Source: a virus. Taken from it: a stretch of DNA of 64,000 nucleotides. The stretch is from the IMG/VR virus record IMGVR_UViG_3300034980_000520, positions 1 to 64,000 of that record, one strand, 5' to 3'. A program made the translations under genes and the position numbers. The notes below the pieces were generated by a model. The model ran no database searches, was not told the DNA's origin, and worked only from the letters and a program-made list of their open reading frames with translations. Shown in pieces: positions 29,506-39,469 of the stretch. Within the stretch, counting starts at the first letter, position 1. Every line of letters begins with the position of its first letter.

Positions 29506-30099
29506 ATGCCATTCTGGTCACAATCATTCAAGGACGATGTAAATCTCAAAGATCCTAAGAGACAATTTAGATTTACAGTATCTATTACGGGTATCAACTC
29601 GCAAAATGGAGGGCCGCTCCTCTGGTATGCAAAGAGTGTAGACAAACCTACCTTTACCCTCAGTCACACTGAGCACAAGTACCTAAACCATACATATAAT
29701 TATCCCGGCAATGTAACTTGGAATGAAATTAGCATGAAGATGGTAGATCCCGGCGGCGATCCCGACGTGACAGCCACGCTAGCAGCAATTGCGCAAGCAT
29801 CTGGCTATTCGATCCCCTCCACTCCCGATGATTTAACGAGTGTCTCCAAAGCGAAAGCAACAGCGGCTATTGGACAGATTACTATCACTCAAATTGATGC
29901 TGACGGTGTTCCCGTCGAGCAGTGGACACTCTGGAATGCGATGGTGGCTGAGATCAATTTTGGTGGCACCCTTGAGTACGGAAAAGAAGAATTAGTAGAA
30001 TTGTCCTTAAAAGTTAAGTACGATTGGGCTAGAATAGAGACACCGAGCAGCACTTCTTCAGCGATTGCGCTTGGTGGAAACAGTTTCTTCAACATATAA
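29506..30099 (+). CDS. tail tube protein (T4 gp19-like)
   Basis: PKRQFRF, YPGNVTWNEI, EQWTLWNA, YDWA motifs; follows sheath. Confidence 0.85.
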   Translation: MPFWSQSFKDDVNLKDPKRQFRFTVSITGINSQNGGPLLWYAKSVDKPTFTLSHTEHKYLNHTYNYPGNVTWNEISMKMVDPGGDPDVTATLAAIAQASGYSIPSTPDDLTSVSKAKATAAIGQITITQIDADGVPVEQWTLWNAMVAEINFGGTLEYGKEELVELSLKVKYDWARIETPSSTSSAIALGGNSFFNI

Positions 30100-30116
30100 A
30101 AAAATAGAGGTGTATA

Positions 30117-30974
30117 TTGTCTAGAAATAGAGACAGGACGGGCGGTGCTAACTCAGGCGCGCCCCAAGGCGAAGCCCCTGTCAATCAAATGATGAATAAC
30201 AACGAGAATCAACAATCATTCTCCTTTGTTGTTCCTACTGAGTTTGTGGAATTGCCGTCAGAGGGTAAATATTACCCTTCTGGTCATCCACTCCACAATC
30301 AACCAAACATTGAAATTAAGCAGATGACAGCCAAAGAGGAAGATATCCTTACCTCACAGTCGCTGCTCAAGCAAGGTGTTGCGCTCGATCGAGTACTACA
30401 GAGTATTGTTACTGACAATCGTATCAACGTAAATTCTCTCTTGGTTGGCGATAGGAATGCTCTTTTGGTGGCATGCCGCGTTTCCGGTTACGGGAGTGAT
30501 TACGAGACGCAGGTTACTTGTCCAAGTTGTCAGACGAAACAACAATATGTTTTCGATCTTAATTCGCTTGAAACACATCAAGGTGGAAATTTTGAAAATG
30601 TGACGCCAAACGATGATGGGACATTTACAACGCCACTCCCCAGATCTAAGCTTACTGCTACATTTAGACTTCTTACGGGAAATGATGAGAAAAACCTAGA
30701 AAAACTTCGAACCAAAAACAACAACAAGCGCGACAGACTGATTACAGGACAATTGCGGAGTATGCTGGTGGCTATTGAAGATAACGACACCGCCGAAGCT
30801 CTTAATTATGTGGTTGAGAATATGCCATCCTTAGATTCCGCCCACTTGCGTAAGTGTTATAAAGAAGTCACCCCAGATCTTGAGATGAAGCAATATTTTG
30901 AATGTACAGGTTGTGATCATGCACAGCACATGGAGGTTCCGTTAACAGCGGACTTTTTTTGGCCTAACCGCTGA
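30117..30974 (+). CDS. baseplate hub assembly/tail chaperone (T4 gp26-like)
   Basis: VELPSEGKYY, MTAKEEDIL, two CxxC motifs, ends FFWP; TTG start with GAGGTG RBS. Confidence 0.8.
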   Translation: MSRNRDRTGGANSGAPQGEAPVNQMMNNNENQQSFSFVVPTEFVELPSEGKYYPSGHPLHNQPNIEIKQMTAKEEDILTSQSLLKQGVALDRVLQSIVTDNRINVNSLLVGDRNALLVACRVSGYGSDYETQVTCPSCQTKQQYVFDLNSLETHQGGNFENVTPNDDGTFTTPLPRSKLTATFRLLTGNDEKNLEKLRTKNNNKRDRLITGQLRSMLVAIEDNDTAEALNYVVENMPSLDSAHLRKCYKEVTPDLEMKQYFECTGCDHAQHMEVPLTADFFWPNR

Positions 30975-30978
30975 ATAC

Positions 30979-31206
30979 ATGGAGAGTGTATATGAGGTGT
31001 TTTTCTTCCTGAAATATTCAGGAGGATGGTCGTTCTCGGAAGCATATAATTTGCCGGTAGGACTAAGGAAATGGTTCGCCGAACGCTTAATAAAGCAACT
31101 GGAAATGGAGTCCGAAGCCCGCGAGTCATCAAGAAGTTCCAAAAAACAGTCTTCGCACACTCTATCCTCACAGAATCAACCTCGCGGCATAGGCCCGAAC
31201 AGATAA
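30979..31206 (+). CDS. small tail-assembly ORF (T4 gp51-like), possibly a frameshift extension of the upstream gene
   Basis: YEVFFFLKYSGGWSFSEAYNLPVGLRKWF motif; no clear RBS. Confidence 0.65.
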   Translation: MESVYEVFFFLKYSGGWSFSEAYNLPVGLRKWFAERLIKQLEMESEARESSRSSKKQSSHTLSSQNQPRGIGPNR

Positions 31207-31211
31207 AGTTC

Positions 31212-31235
31212 AAAAGCCCAACTTTTTGGGCTTTT
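31212..31235 (+). terminator. terminator-like hairpin
   Basis: AAAAGCCCAA-cttt-TTGGGCTTTT perfect inverted repeat. Confidence 0.75.
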
Positions 31236-31262
31236 ACTATTTATTATAATAAGGTTTTTTAA

Positions 31263-33584
31263 GTGGCAACATTAGACGACATTAAATCAGTATTAGAGGG
31301 CATTAGATCCGATTTGGGATCAGGCACCGGCTCAACATCTGGTGGCACCCCGCTTAGCGCCGCCGATTTAGCCGATCACGCCCAAGCCTTGCGAGACAAC
31401 ACTGCAGCAACAGAGGAGTTGGGCAGAGAAACAGAGCGCTCCACCACCCGCATGCGGGACATGGATGAGACGACTCGAGAAGCCGATGGCACCTTGCAAA
31501 AGCTCGCCCGCAACATAAAGCACGTTGGCAGTTCGATGCTTTCAATGCAGGGCTCCCTCAACATGATGGTGGATGGCTTGATCAAAATTGGAAAGGGCCT
31601 CGTACAAGTAGCTAAAAAATCCCTCGATGCCACCAACAAACTAAACGAACTAACAACAGGTATGAGGGCACAAACGGGCGCCAGTGACGCTCTCGTTAAT
31701 TCCATTGGCAAAGTATATGACAGGACTCTCATGATGGGAGTGTCCTTAGAAGAAGCTGCGTCAGCAACCAACACATTAATGCATGGTATGTCCGATTTCA
31801 CGAAGATAACGGAGGATCAACAAGAAGCCCTTGTTAGAGATTCCGCTACCCTTCAAGAAATTGGTGTGAGTTTCGAGGCATTTTCGAGCATCGTGGAGAC
31901 TGGAACTAAGCTTTTAGGAATGGGAGCCTCCGAATCTGCAGACATGGTGTATAAGCTTCGCGGCGCTTCAAGAGATATGGGCATACCCCTCGACACCATG
32001 ATGCAGAAACTGCCCCAGTTGACAGATAAATTGGCAGATATGGGCGATCAAACGTTTCAGACTGCCATTGACATGATGAAGCTCAATAAGGAAACGGGAG
32101 CATCGCTGGATGCCATTTCTCAGCTTGATAGTCAAATGTATTCATTCGAGGGTGCCACCAAATTTGCTGCCGGCATGAACCAGGCGCTCCAGGGTACCTT
32201 CTTTAATCCCCACGAACTGATGCAAGCATATGACGAAGGCGCTCCTGCCGTCGCCAAGTTGATAGCGACAACCTTTAACGACGCCGGCAAAGATATAGGT
32301 TCAATGGGTCGTCGAGAATTGAAATTCTTCGCAGATCGCGCTGGCATTGGTGTAGCAGATTTCAAGAAGCTTCTTGGAAATGAAATGGGAACCCTCGATT
32401 CGGAAATGGGCAAGACTGCAACAGATCGCGCCGCGGCAGAAGCTGATGCCAGCTATGGGATGAAAAGCCAGGTGGATCAGATGAAAAACTTCAAGAAGGC
32501 TTTTGAAGAATTGCCCGTCGCAGCAGTTGAAGAGAAAGTGCGCCAGATACAAAATCACCTTGGCCCTGCGGCACTTGATACCGCTAAAATGGCTCGCGAT
32601 TTCGAAATCGTGGGAGCGGAAGCGAATGCGATCGAAGGAGCCTTAGCGGCAACCGCGGCAAATGCCGCGACAGTCGCCAAAGAAGGAGCCTCCGGCGAGA
32701 TCATCGGCGGTATAGGGCTCTTCATCGCAGGAATGGCGAGATCTATCCCGTCGCTTATCGTAAAAATCCCAGCATTCTTCATGAGCGTCATGGGAGGTAT
32801 CAGCAGTATGATCTCTGCTGTATATTACGCGATCTGGGCGGGGATGGTTGATTTCTTCGCACTGAGCACCGGTGCGATGGCGGGGGCGATCGCGGCAGTT
32901 GCAACCTTTGTTTACGGCACTTATAATGCAATTACAGATGTGCATGGTGCAATTTTTGAAGTAATTGCCGCCGGCGGTGATTGGGTAGATCAGATGATTG
33001 CAGCCCCAATAGCTATTATGCACGGCTTCGGCAGGGCATTAGACTTCATTCTGAGCGGCTTCGGATTATTTGAAGAAGGCTTCCTCTCGTGGATCAGTCG
33101 CATGTTTAATCCCGGCGGCAAAAGTTTCTTAGAGGCTTATCTGGAGATTGATTGGGGTCATATGAGCGAGGGGATGGACGAATCATTGATCGCAATTGCA
33201 AAAAATCTGGAAGAGTTCGGCTATGAATTTGCGGATCTGTTCGCCCGCCCGATCTCCTGGATTAAAGATCAATGGGGTTCTATGGTTGGTTGGTTCGCGA
33301 CGACGTTCGCGACACTCGGTCCAGAGATAGAGTCAGTTATGAATGATATGATCGCGGAGATGCCGGCACCAATACGTTACGCGATCAATAATGCCGGCAA
33401 GCTGGGAGACTTAGCATCCGGCGCAGCTACGGCAGCATCAGAAAGTTACGATGGGCTGATAGAGGCTCTCACCGGAAAGGATGCCGAACAAAATATAACG
33501 GTTGTTCAGGAATTGGATGGTGAACCAATGAAGAAGACGATACTTAAGGTAGTGGGCGGCGTAGTACAGCCGCTAACACAATAG
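31263..33584 (+). CDS. tape measure protein
   Basis: 773 aa, helical A/G/M-rich with hydrophobic segments, downstream of tube and chaperone. Confidence 0.75.
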   Translation: MATLDDIKSVLEGIRSDLGSGTGSTSGGTPLSAADLADHAQALRDNTAATEELGRETERSTTRMRDMDETTREADGTLQKLARNIKHVGSSMLSMQGSLNMMVDGLIKIGKGLVQVAKKSLDATNKLNELTTGMRAQTGASDALVNSIGKVYDRTLMMGVSLEEAASATNTLMHGMSDFTKITEDQQEALVRDSATLQEIGVSFEAFSSIVETGTKLLGMGASESADMVYKLRGASRDMGIPLDTMMQKLPQLTDKLADMGDQTFQTAIDMMKLNKETGASLDAISQLDSQMYSFEGATKFAAGMNQALQGTFFNPHELMQAYDEGAPAVAKLIATTFNDAGKDIGSMGRRELKFFADRAGIGVADFKKLLGNEMGTLDSEMGKTATDRAAAEADASYGMKSQVDQMKNFKKAFEELPVAAVEEKVRQIQNHLGPAALDTAKMARDFEIVGAEANAIEGALAATAANAATVAKEGASGEIIGGIGLFIAGMARSIPSLIVKIPAFFMSVMGGISSMISAVYYAIWAGMVDFFALSTGAMAGAIAAVATFVYGTYNAITDVHGAIFEVIAAGGDWVDQMIAAPIAIMHGFGRALDFILSGFGLFEEGFLSWISRMFNPGGKSFLEAYLEIDWGHMSEGMDESLIAIAKNLEEFGYEFADLFARPISWIKDQWGSMVGWFATTFATLGPEIESVMNDMIAEMPAPIRYAINNAGKLGDLASGAATAASESYDGLIEALTGKDAEQNITVVQELDGEPMKKTILKVVGGVVQPLTQ

Positions 33585-33594
33585 GAGATAGGAA

Positions 33595-34665
33595 ATGGCA
33601 GGTAATAGCGACGACACTAACTTTTTTTGGCAATCTAAGTACGGTACTGAAACGTGGGTGGGGACAGAAAACCTTGTAGACGTCACAGATTCGTATGCAA
33701 ACAATCTCAAATACAGAATAGGCTTCTATCATGTTCCATCTGGAAAGATGGTATATTTTAAGGCATTCATAACCAATTACAAAGAAGATTTCGTAAGCGA
33801 CTGGAAAGAAGAACCCATCTTCGGTAGAACCGACGGCATCTATACTTATAGCTCCACCAAGCGTAAAATTAGTCTTTCTTTTGATGTTCCTGCTGCATCC
33901 GAAAGCGAAGCATACGAAAACATGGGAAGAATCCAACGATTAATCCAGTTTCAGTATCCCTCTTATGATGAAACAGGGCAATCGATCGGTGCCGGTGGAG
34001 AGCACCACAAAGAGCGTGTAATTGGACAATCTCCGCTAGTGAGAATTAGTGTTATGAACCTGCTACAACGCCCCCCGGTGGGCAAAAAAATGAAAAATGG
34101 CAGCGACGAGAGAACAAAGAAATCTAGAAGAGATTTGCTGAATGGTTATACTCGAGAGGATCAGACAGCAGCTGCCGGCATCCTAGCAGCAATCAACAGC
34201 CTCTCCTTAGATACGGACGTCGGCAAGCATGCAATATTCGAAAAAGCACCCGGGACAGTGCTCCCTCAGTTTTTTAGCGTTAGCCTGGACTTCTTTGTGA
34301 TTCACGAAGATACGCTCGGCTTTGATCAGCAAGGCAACTCGTTGCTTCCAAATTATCCATGGGACGTGTGGCTCAAGGAGCCTTCCGATGCTGAAGTGCA
34401 AGCAACCGAACAAAGCACCGCAGCCCGTACCGAAATGCTGCTCAATAACCAAGCTGCCGAAGACATCGCTAAAGCGCGCTACAGCGGGCTCGGTGCCAAA
34501 GGCAGAGCCAAGAGGGATATGAGAAAGTATGGGCGTATTGCTAAGCGCGCTGAAAAGCGGGGTCCAAATTCACGTGCAGCAGGAAGAATTCAAGAAGGCT
34601 CCTTCGATCGCGAGTTGTTCGAGGAAGCGGCTGATGCAGCACAAGACAACGATTGGGACTGGTAG
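33595..34665 (+). CDS. baseplate/tube-initiator-like protein
   Basis: FKAFIT.Y...F.SDW....FGRTD....Y..T.RKISLSF motif; synteny. Confidence 0.55.
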   Translation: MAGNSDDTNFFWQSKYGTETWVGTENLVDVTDSYANNLKYRIGFYHVPSGKMVYFKAFITNYKEDFVSDWKEEPIFGRTDGIYTYSSTKRKISLSFDVPAASESEAYENMGRIQRLIQFQYPSYDETGQSIGAGGEHHKERVIGQSPLVRISVMNLLQRPPVGKKMKNGSDERTKKSRRDLLNGYTREDQTAAAGILAAINSLSLDTDVGKHAIFEKAPGTVLPQFFSVSLDFFVIHEDTLGFDQQGNSLLPNYPWDVWLKEPSDAEVQATEQSTAARTEMLLNNQAAEDIAKARYSGLGAKGRAKRDMRKYGRIAKRAEKRGPNSRAAGRIQEGSFDRELFEEAADAAQDNDWDW

Positions 34666-34675
34666 GGACATATAA

Positions 34676-35008
34676 ATGAGATACAAGGGAACTAAAATAT
34701 TTTCAAACAATGAAGACTATTATGAGTATTTGCGCCGAGAGCGCAAGCTGAAGTCTGTGGATCATTACGCAACACCGATCCTTAGAAATCCCACAGTAGG
34801 CCAGCGCGCATCTCTCGTAACCAATCAACATATCTGGAAATATGGCGATCGGTTATCCAATCTCGCCTTTAAATATTATGGCGATGTGAGATACTGGTGG
34901 GTGATTGCATGGTACAACGCAGTACCCACCGAAGCATCATTAGAAAATGGCGACTTGATAGCCATACCAGTCAACTTAGGAAAAACTTTGGCTGTTTTAG
35001 GGGTATAA
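34676..35008 (+). CDS. baseplate wedge protein, LysM-like (T4 gp53-like)
   Basis: GDRLSNLAFKYYGDVRYWWVIAWYN...GDLIAIP. Confidence 0.75.
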   Translation: MRYKGTKIFSNNEDYYEYLRRERKLKSVDHYATPILRNPTVGQRASLVTNQHIWKYGDRLSNLAFKYYGDVRYWWVIAWYNAVPTEASLENGDLIAIPVNLGKTLAVLGV

Positions 35009-35009
35009 A

Positions 35010-38000
35010 ATGGCAGACAATGAATTTTTAAATTGGGAATTGCCTTCGGGAGATCTAACCGCGGCAGATATTGCAGCGTTCCAAGAGAACTATAAGCTAG
35101 CCTTCGAATACTATCTTGTAGAGGGACAAGCAGAACTAGCGGCAACGTCGGGTTATTTGACACCCGGCGATCTCGCCGGCGAATCCAGTCTCCAACCGAT
35201 CATGTTCCCCAGTACAATTGAGGAGTTAGTACTCCAACTCGATGCGGATCTTCGATATGAGCCATCAGCAGTCTGGGTTGCCGGAAATTTAAAAACAGCA
35301 CCCAGCGATGCTACACGAATAAAAGCGGCGATGGAGGGATCCGAGAATCTGGGATTCTTGGCGCTCAGGCTTTACAAAGAGTTTCTCGCCAAGAAACTCG
35401 TCGATGAGGCTAACGCCGCGACAGGCTACGATGCTGGGCGGGGCGAGAGCGAAACCGATCCAGAAGCAATTGAGTCAGATCCCGCTGCCGAAGACGATAG
35501 AGAGGAGCAGGAGGCACTTAGAGCCCAAGCCCTCAAAAAAGCAGAAGATGAAGCAAGCCGCCAAGTTGCCCTCATCGACGACTTACAAACAGCTCATTTT
35601 GATGAGAAACACTTTGTACAATCAAATTTGGTAAATCTAATTGATTTAAAATTAAATGTTGTAGATTTTTATGAATCAAAAGCCTTCGCATATGTTGACG
35701 GAAAACCTAATGCATGCATTATGATGCAGGGAGATCCATTTAATTTTTTAAATCAGCTAACCACCTACCGTGACGATTTATATTTTAGGATGCCTTCGTC
35801 AGAAATAGCGAACTTGCAGCCTAAAATCAGACTTTACAAATCTGTTCCCGCGTACGCGACCACAGGGGAGAGCTTCAAGCTTAATGTTCCCATTCACTTT
35901 GATACCTCTTTTACTGGCGCCAATTTGCAATCTCTACTTGAGAATAAAAACAGGCGAGCAGTGGGAGTCGGCATCAAAAGCTTTTCAGTTGATTATACCG
36001 GTGTGGACGCATTTTCTATGCATAAATCTTTTGAAGCGACATTGAAGATTTATGCTGCTAGTATGGGCGAGCTATTTAAGCCGCGCCATCACGCACCTAC
36101 TGGAGTTATGTATCGTTATATTGATTTAGCGTTGATGGCAGATCCTTTGAAGCGCCCTTCGAAAACGCCCCTTAGTCCAAAGGCGATGGGCATCGCGGCA
36201 ACTGATGTATCGGCGCTGGATTTTGAGATCAAAGCACAACTTGGAATTAGTCCGCTTAGTAATGTGGGTGCCGCAAAAGCCACTTATGACAGGGTACTGA
36301 AAAGAAATTCCGTCACCCTTACGATGAAGGCAGTCGAGCATTCTTTTAAATTCGTTCAGGCGAATGGAGCAGTCGAGCTAACTATTAAATATATGCCCTA
36401 CGTAGAAAAAAGATTTGCTGGCTCCGATTACAATGTTCTTAGCGATCGAGAGTCTCTTAAATATAAACTGAAGCAAGAATTACATGCCAAGATCGCCGAA
36501 GAAACATGTGATGCGAAAGTTGACGAAAAGCAGATTAAAGCGCGCATTGAAGAAGAAAGAATGATTAATACCACGGCTGCAGCCAACTTAATAAAAGAAA
36601 TATCATGCGCATCCAAAATTCGATATTTGCCCCTTGATGCCCAAATCGTTCAGGACTTTATGGATCTCGGGCCTAAGCTAGATTGGGGGAAAACGATTAA
36701 GTTGGCGCCATATGCGGCATTTGTTGGAAAGGAGGGTAACCAAGAAGCTTTAAAAAAAGATATTGCAAAAGCTGCCACCAACACGAGCAAGAAATTCCGC
36801 GGCGCCCTTCAGACAGGCTTTACTACTCCCCTCACGTCCTCTGCAAGATTTATCTATTTGGGCGACTTGGTGGATTTACTTATGGCTAAGATGACAAAAG
36901 CAAATTCTGCAGGAGAAATGGGAATGCTTATTTTCGAACTTCTAGAAAAAGATCCCGACATCAAAAAGTTTAACGCGTCCCACCCACTCGATATTGAATC
37001 CTTAATAGAGCGCTTCGCGCAATCGAGCCAAGATTTTGGCAGATTGAGGGTGGTCCTCGGCCCTATTGAGATTGTTGATCCCGGAAGCCCTAGTGAAAAT
37101 ATTCGGGTTGTGAGTATAGGCGATTTGCCAATTCCAGTTAGTCTTTTGTTGGAATATATGGTAAAAATGGCAGGCGAGAAAAGCACTAAACACTTTGATT
37201 TTATAACATTCATCACACATCTGATTAAAACTACAATTAGCAACTGGCTAAATGATGATACAGCGTTTGACGGAACCTTGAGTCAGCGTGTGAGAATTCA
37301 ATCAACAACGATCACGGCTTTTGACGGCCAGTATGAAAAGGACGATTTGACACAGGAGCTAGTAGCGCTCAACGCCAAATTCAAACGCGCCGATCCCAGC
37401 CGCGTTGCTGGCAGCGCCGCAGGCACCCCAGCGGTTGGAGACGTCAAAAGAATACATGCGCATCGCTTATACATCGACGATATGGCAAAACCAGCGCTCG
37501 ACACTGCGCCCGGAAAAGATGTAGAAGATATTGATGTTCGAACAGAAACGACATATTTGGTATTCTACAGCACCGCAGCGTGCCCCATTGAAGCTACCGC
37601 CGCAGGCCGGGCTGAGCGCTCAGTCCATAGCTATATGGTGGGGAAAGATCGTGGAATTATTAAGGATATCCAATTAGACGTTTACAAAGATGACGGGGGA
37701 ATGAAGGCTTTACGATATTCACAGTCCAACAACGCTGGATTGTCGCAGCTGCATGAAATTTATAATGTTAATATCAAGACTTATGCCAACTTAAATATGT
37801 GGCCCGGGACGACAATATATGTAGATCCACGTGGCTGGGTCCCGGATTTGGATCTCAAGACGAGGGGGATATATGGAACTGTTGATGCCGTTGATGATTT
37901 GGGCCTAGGCGGATATTATAATGTCATAAAGTGTGGGCATGTGTTCGAAAGGGGGAATTTTGAAACTTCCATATTTGCCCAATGGTTCTCGAATGGCGGC

Positions 38001-38261
38001 ACCGGCCCCAAGCTGGAAGATGCTGAGCGCTCATCACCTGCCGAGGCTCCCGTTACTAAATGCGGTACCGGCGCCACAACACAGCCGCAAGGGACAGATA
38101 AGAAAGAACCCATGGGCCCGTGCGAAGGCAACTCCGCTCACCGTCTCCGTGCCCTAAAGGGAGCATACGGCATTCAGCAAGTGGCAAGACGTTTACTAGT
38201 CGATGCCGGAGACTTCGGACAGCATCCTTCTCCCACCACCAACGACACCGAGACTAACTAA
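35010..38261 (+). CDS. large putative baseplate hub protein
   Basis: 1083 aa; C-terminal PGTTIYVDP...LGLGGYYNVIKCGH..F.TSI motif typical of hub proteins; synteny. Confidence 0.55.
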   Translation: MADNEFLNWELPSGDLTAADIAAFQENYKLAFEYYLVEGQAELAATSGYLTPGDLAGESSLQPIMFPSTIEELVLQLDADLRYEPSAVWVAGNLKTAPSDATRIKAAMEGSENLGFLALRLYKEFLAKKLVDEANAATGYDAGRGESETDPEAIESDPAAEDDREEQEALRAQALKKAEDEASRQVALIDDLQTAHFDEKHFVQSNLVNLIDLKLNVVDFYESKAFAYVDGKPNACIMMQGDPFNFLNQLTTYRDDLYFRMPSSEIANLQPKIRLYKSVPAYATTGESFKLNVPIHFDTSFTGANLQSLLENKNRRAVGVGIKSFSVDYTGVDAFSMHKSFEATLKIYAASMGELFKPRHHAPTGVMYRYIDLALMADPLKRPSKTPLSPKAMGIAATDVSALDFEIKAQLGISPLSNVGAAKATYDRVLKRNSVTLTMKAVEHSFKFVQANGAVELTIKYMPYVEKRFAGSDYNVLSDRESLKYKLKQELHAKIAEETCDAKVDEKQIKARIEEERMINTTAAANLIKEISCASKIRYLPLDAQIVQDFMDLGPKLDWGKTIKLAPYAAFVGKEGNQEALKKDIAKAATNTSKKFRGALQTGFTTPLTSSARFIYLGDLVDLLMAKMTKANSAGEMGMLIFELLEKDPDIKKFNASHPLDIESLIERFAQSSQDFGRLRVVLGPIEIVDPGSPSENIRVVSIGDLPIPVSLLLEYMVKMAGEKSTKHFDFITFITHLIKTTISNWLNDDTAFDGTLSQRVRIQSTTITAFDGQYEKDDLTQELVALNAKFKRADPSRVAGSAAGTPAVGDVKRIHAHRLYIDDMAKPALDTAPGKDVEDIDVRTETTYLVFYSTAACPIEATAAGRAERSVHSYMVGKDRGIIKDIQLDVYKDDGGMKALRYSQSNNAGLSQLHEIYNVNIKTYANLNMWPGTTIYVDPRGWVPDLDLKTRGIYGTVDAVDDLGLGGYYNVIKCGHVFERGNFETSIFAQWFSNGGTGPKLEDAERSSPAEAPVTKCGTGATTQPQGTDKKEPMGPCEGNSAHRLRALKGAYGIQQVARRLLVDAGDFGQHPSPTTNDTETN

Positions 38262-38275
38262 AATAAGGCTTTAAC

Positions 38276-39469
38276 ATGACATATTTTTTTCGAGAAGACA
38301 ATAGCGAAAGCACCATAGACTTATATAATAAGAAGAGAATATACGATAGTATAATCCGCGGCACTTCTCCAAATCTTGTTAATTTTCAATTTGCCGAAAA
38401 GGCACTTTATGGGAGAGTAGATCGCCTCTACCGCCCAATGGTACTTACTAACTATATACCGCTCCAACTAAAGGGCTTCGGCGCAGAAGGAACACCTGCC
38501 CAATCGGCACGTGCCTTAAACTTTGTGGCAGACGCTTTCGCTGATTTGAGAAATCAGTTTTTAAAAAAGAGGCTGACAAATGAAATCTCCCCAAATGAAG
38601 ATTTTCTGAGTAGCCCTGTTGTTTATAAAGCCTATGTGAATCCCAAGAAAACTTACGATGAATATATTCAGATATATTTAGAGGCATTTCAAGATGTTGT
38701 CCGCACCAAAAGGCTGACATTCGGCAATTTTCAAGAATTTATAGACACGATCATGCCATTTTTAATGAAAACGATTCGCAAAAAGCCATTCACCTATACT
38801 GCATTCGTCAAGAGTACATTTTGCCCAATCAACGCGTCCGGACTCGTGGTAGAGATAGCGGATATTGATCCCGTGAATGATGTAGAAAAGGTGAAGAAGT
38901 TCATCAAGAGCCCCAATTGGCAGTTTTATTTAACAGCATGCGGTAATTTTGGCTTCATGGTAGATCGCAACACCCCTTGGCGCCTCGTTGCTGACATCGG
39001 TTCGGCAAACATGCTACAGTATGCTGAGCGCTATGGAGTTTATTCGACTGATGGGGTTTTAGTAGCAGCATATGGCCGGGCATATAAAAACTACTTGACA
39101 ACCTTTCGCTCTATATTGTATAATATGTACATGAAACTAAAGCGCCCTCGATATTCTCGCTATGTTGAAGTTGATTCATTGGGAGGAAAGGTTGTGACAG
39201 TAACCCCGAAGCGATACAGGCCAGAAGACTATTTATTAGAATTTCCGGACTCTTACTTTTTAAGTCTCTATTGTAAAATTAGAATGGTGGAGGAGGAGTC
39301 GTCTTTTTCGGAAGCGCAGAAGTACCAATTAATAGACAACACTATCGAATTGGCACAGGTTAATCCGACTAGGGCGTTAGATACATTTGAAATTATTGTG
39401 AATAAAACGTTTGACTATAACGGCTCATTGAGTTACATTAAGGATACATTGGCAAAGCTGAGAGAGTAA
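38276..39469 (+). CDS. hypothetical protein
   Basis: 397-aa ORF with FGFMVDRNTPWRLVADI motif. Confidence 0.7.
   Translation: MTYFFREDNSESTIDLYNKKRIYDSIIRGTSPNLVNFQFAEKALYGRVDRLYRPMVLTNYIPLQLKGFGAEGTPAQSARALNFVADAFADLRNQFLKKRLTNEISPNEDFLSSPVVYKAYVNPKKTYDEYIQIYLEAFQDVVRTKRLTFGNFQEFIDTIMPFLMKTIRKKPFTYTAFVKSTFCPINASGLVVEIADIDPVNDVEKVKKFIKSPNWQFYLTACGNFGFMVDRNTPWRLVADIGSANMLQYAERYGVYSTDGVLVAAYGRAYKNYLTTFRSILYNMYMKLKRPRYSRYVEVDSLGGKVVTVTPKRYRPEDYLLEFPDSYFLSLYCKIRMVEEESSFSEAQKYQLIDNTIELAQVNPTRALDTFEIIVNKTFDYNGSLSYIKDTLAKLRE
39411..39439 (+). promoter_or_regulatory. sigma70-like promoter for PolA-like gene
   Basis: TTGACT-N17-TACATT. Confidence 0.6.
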
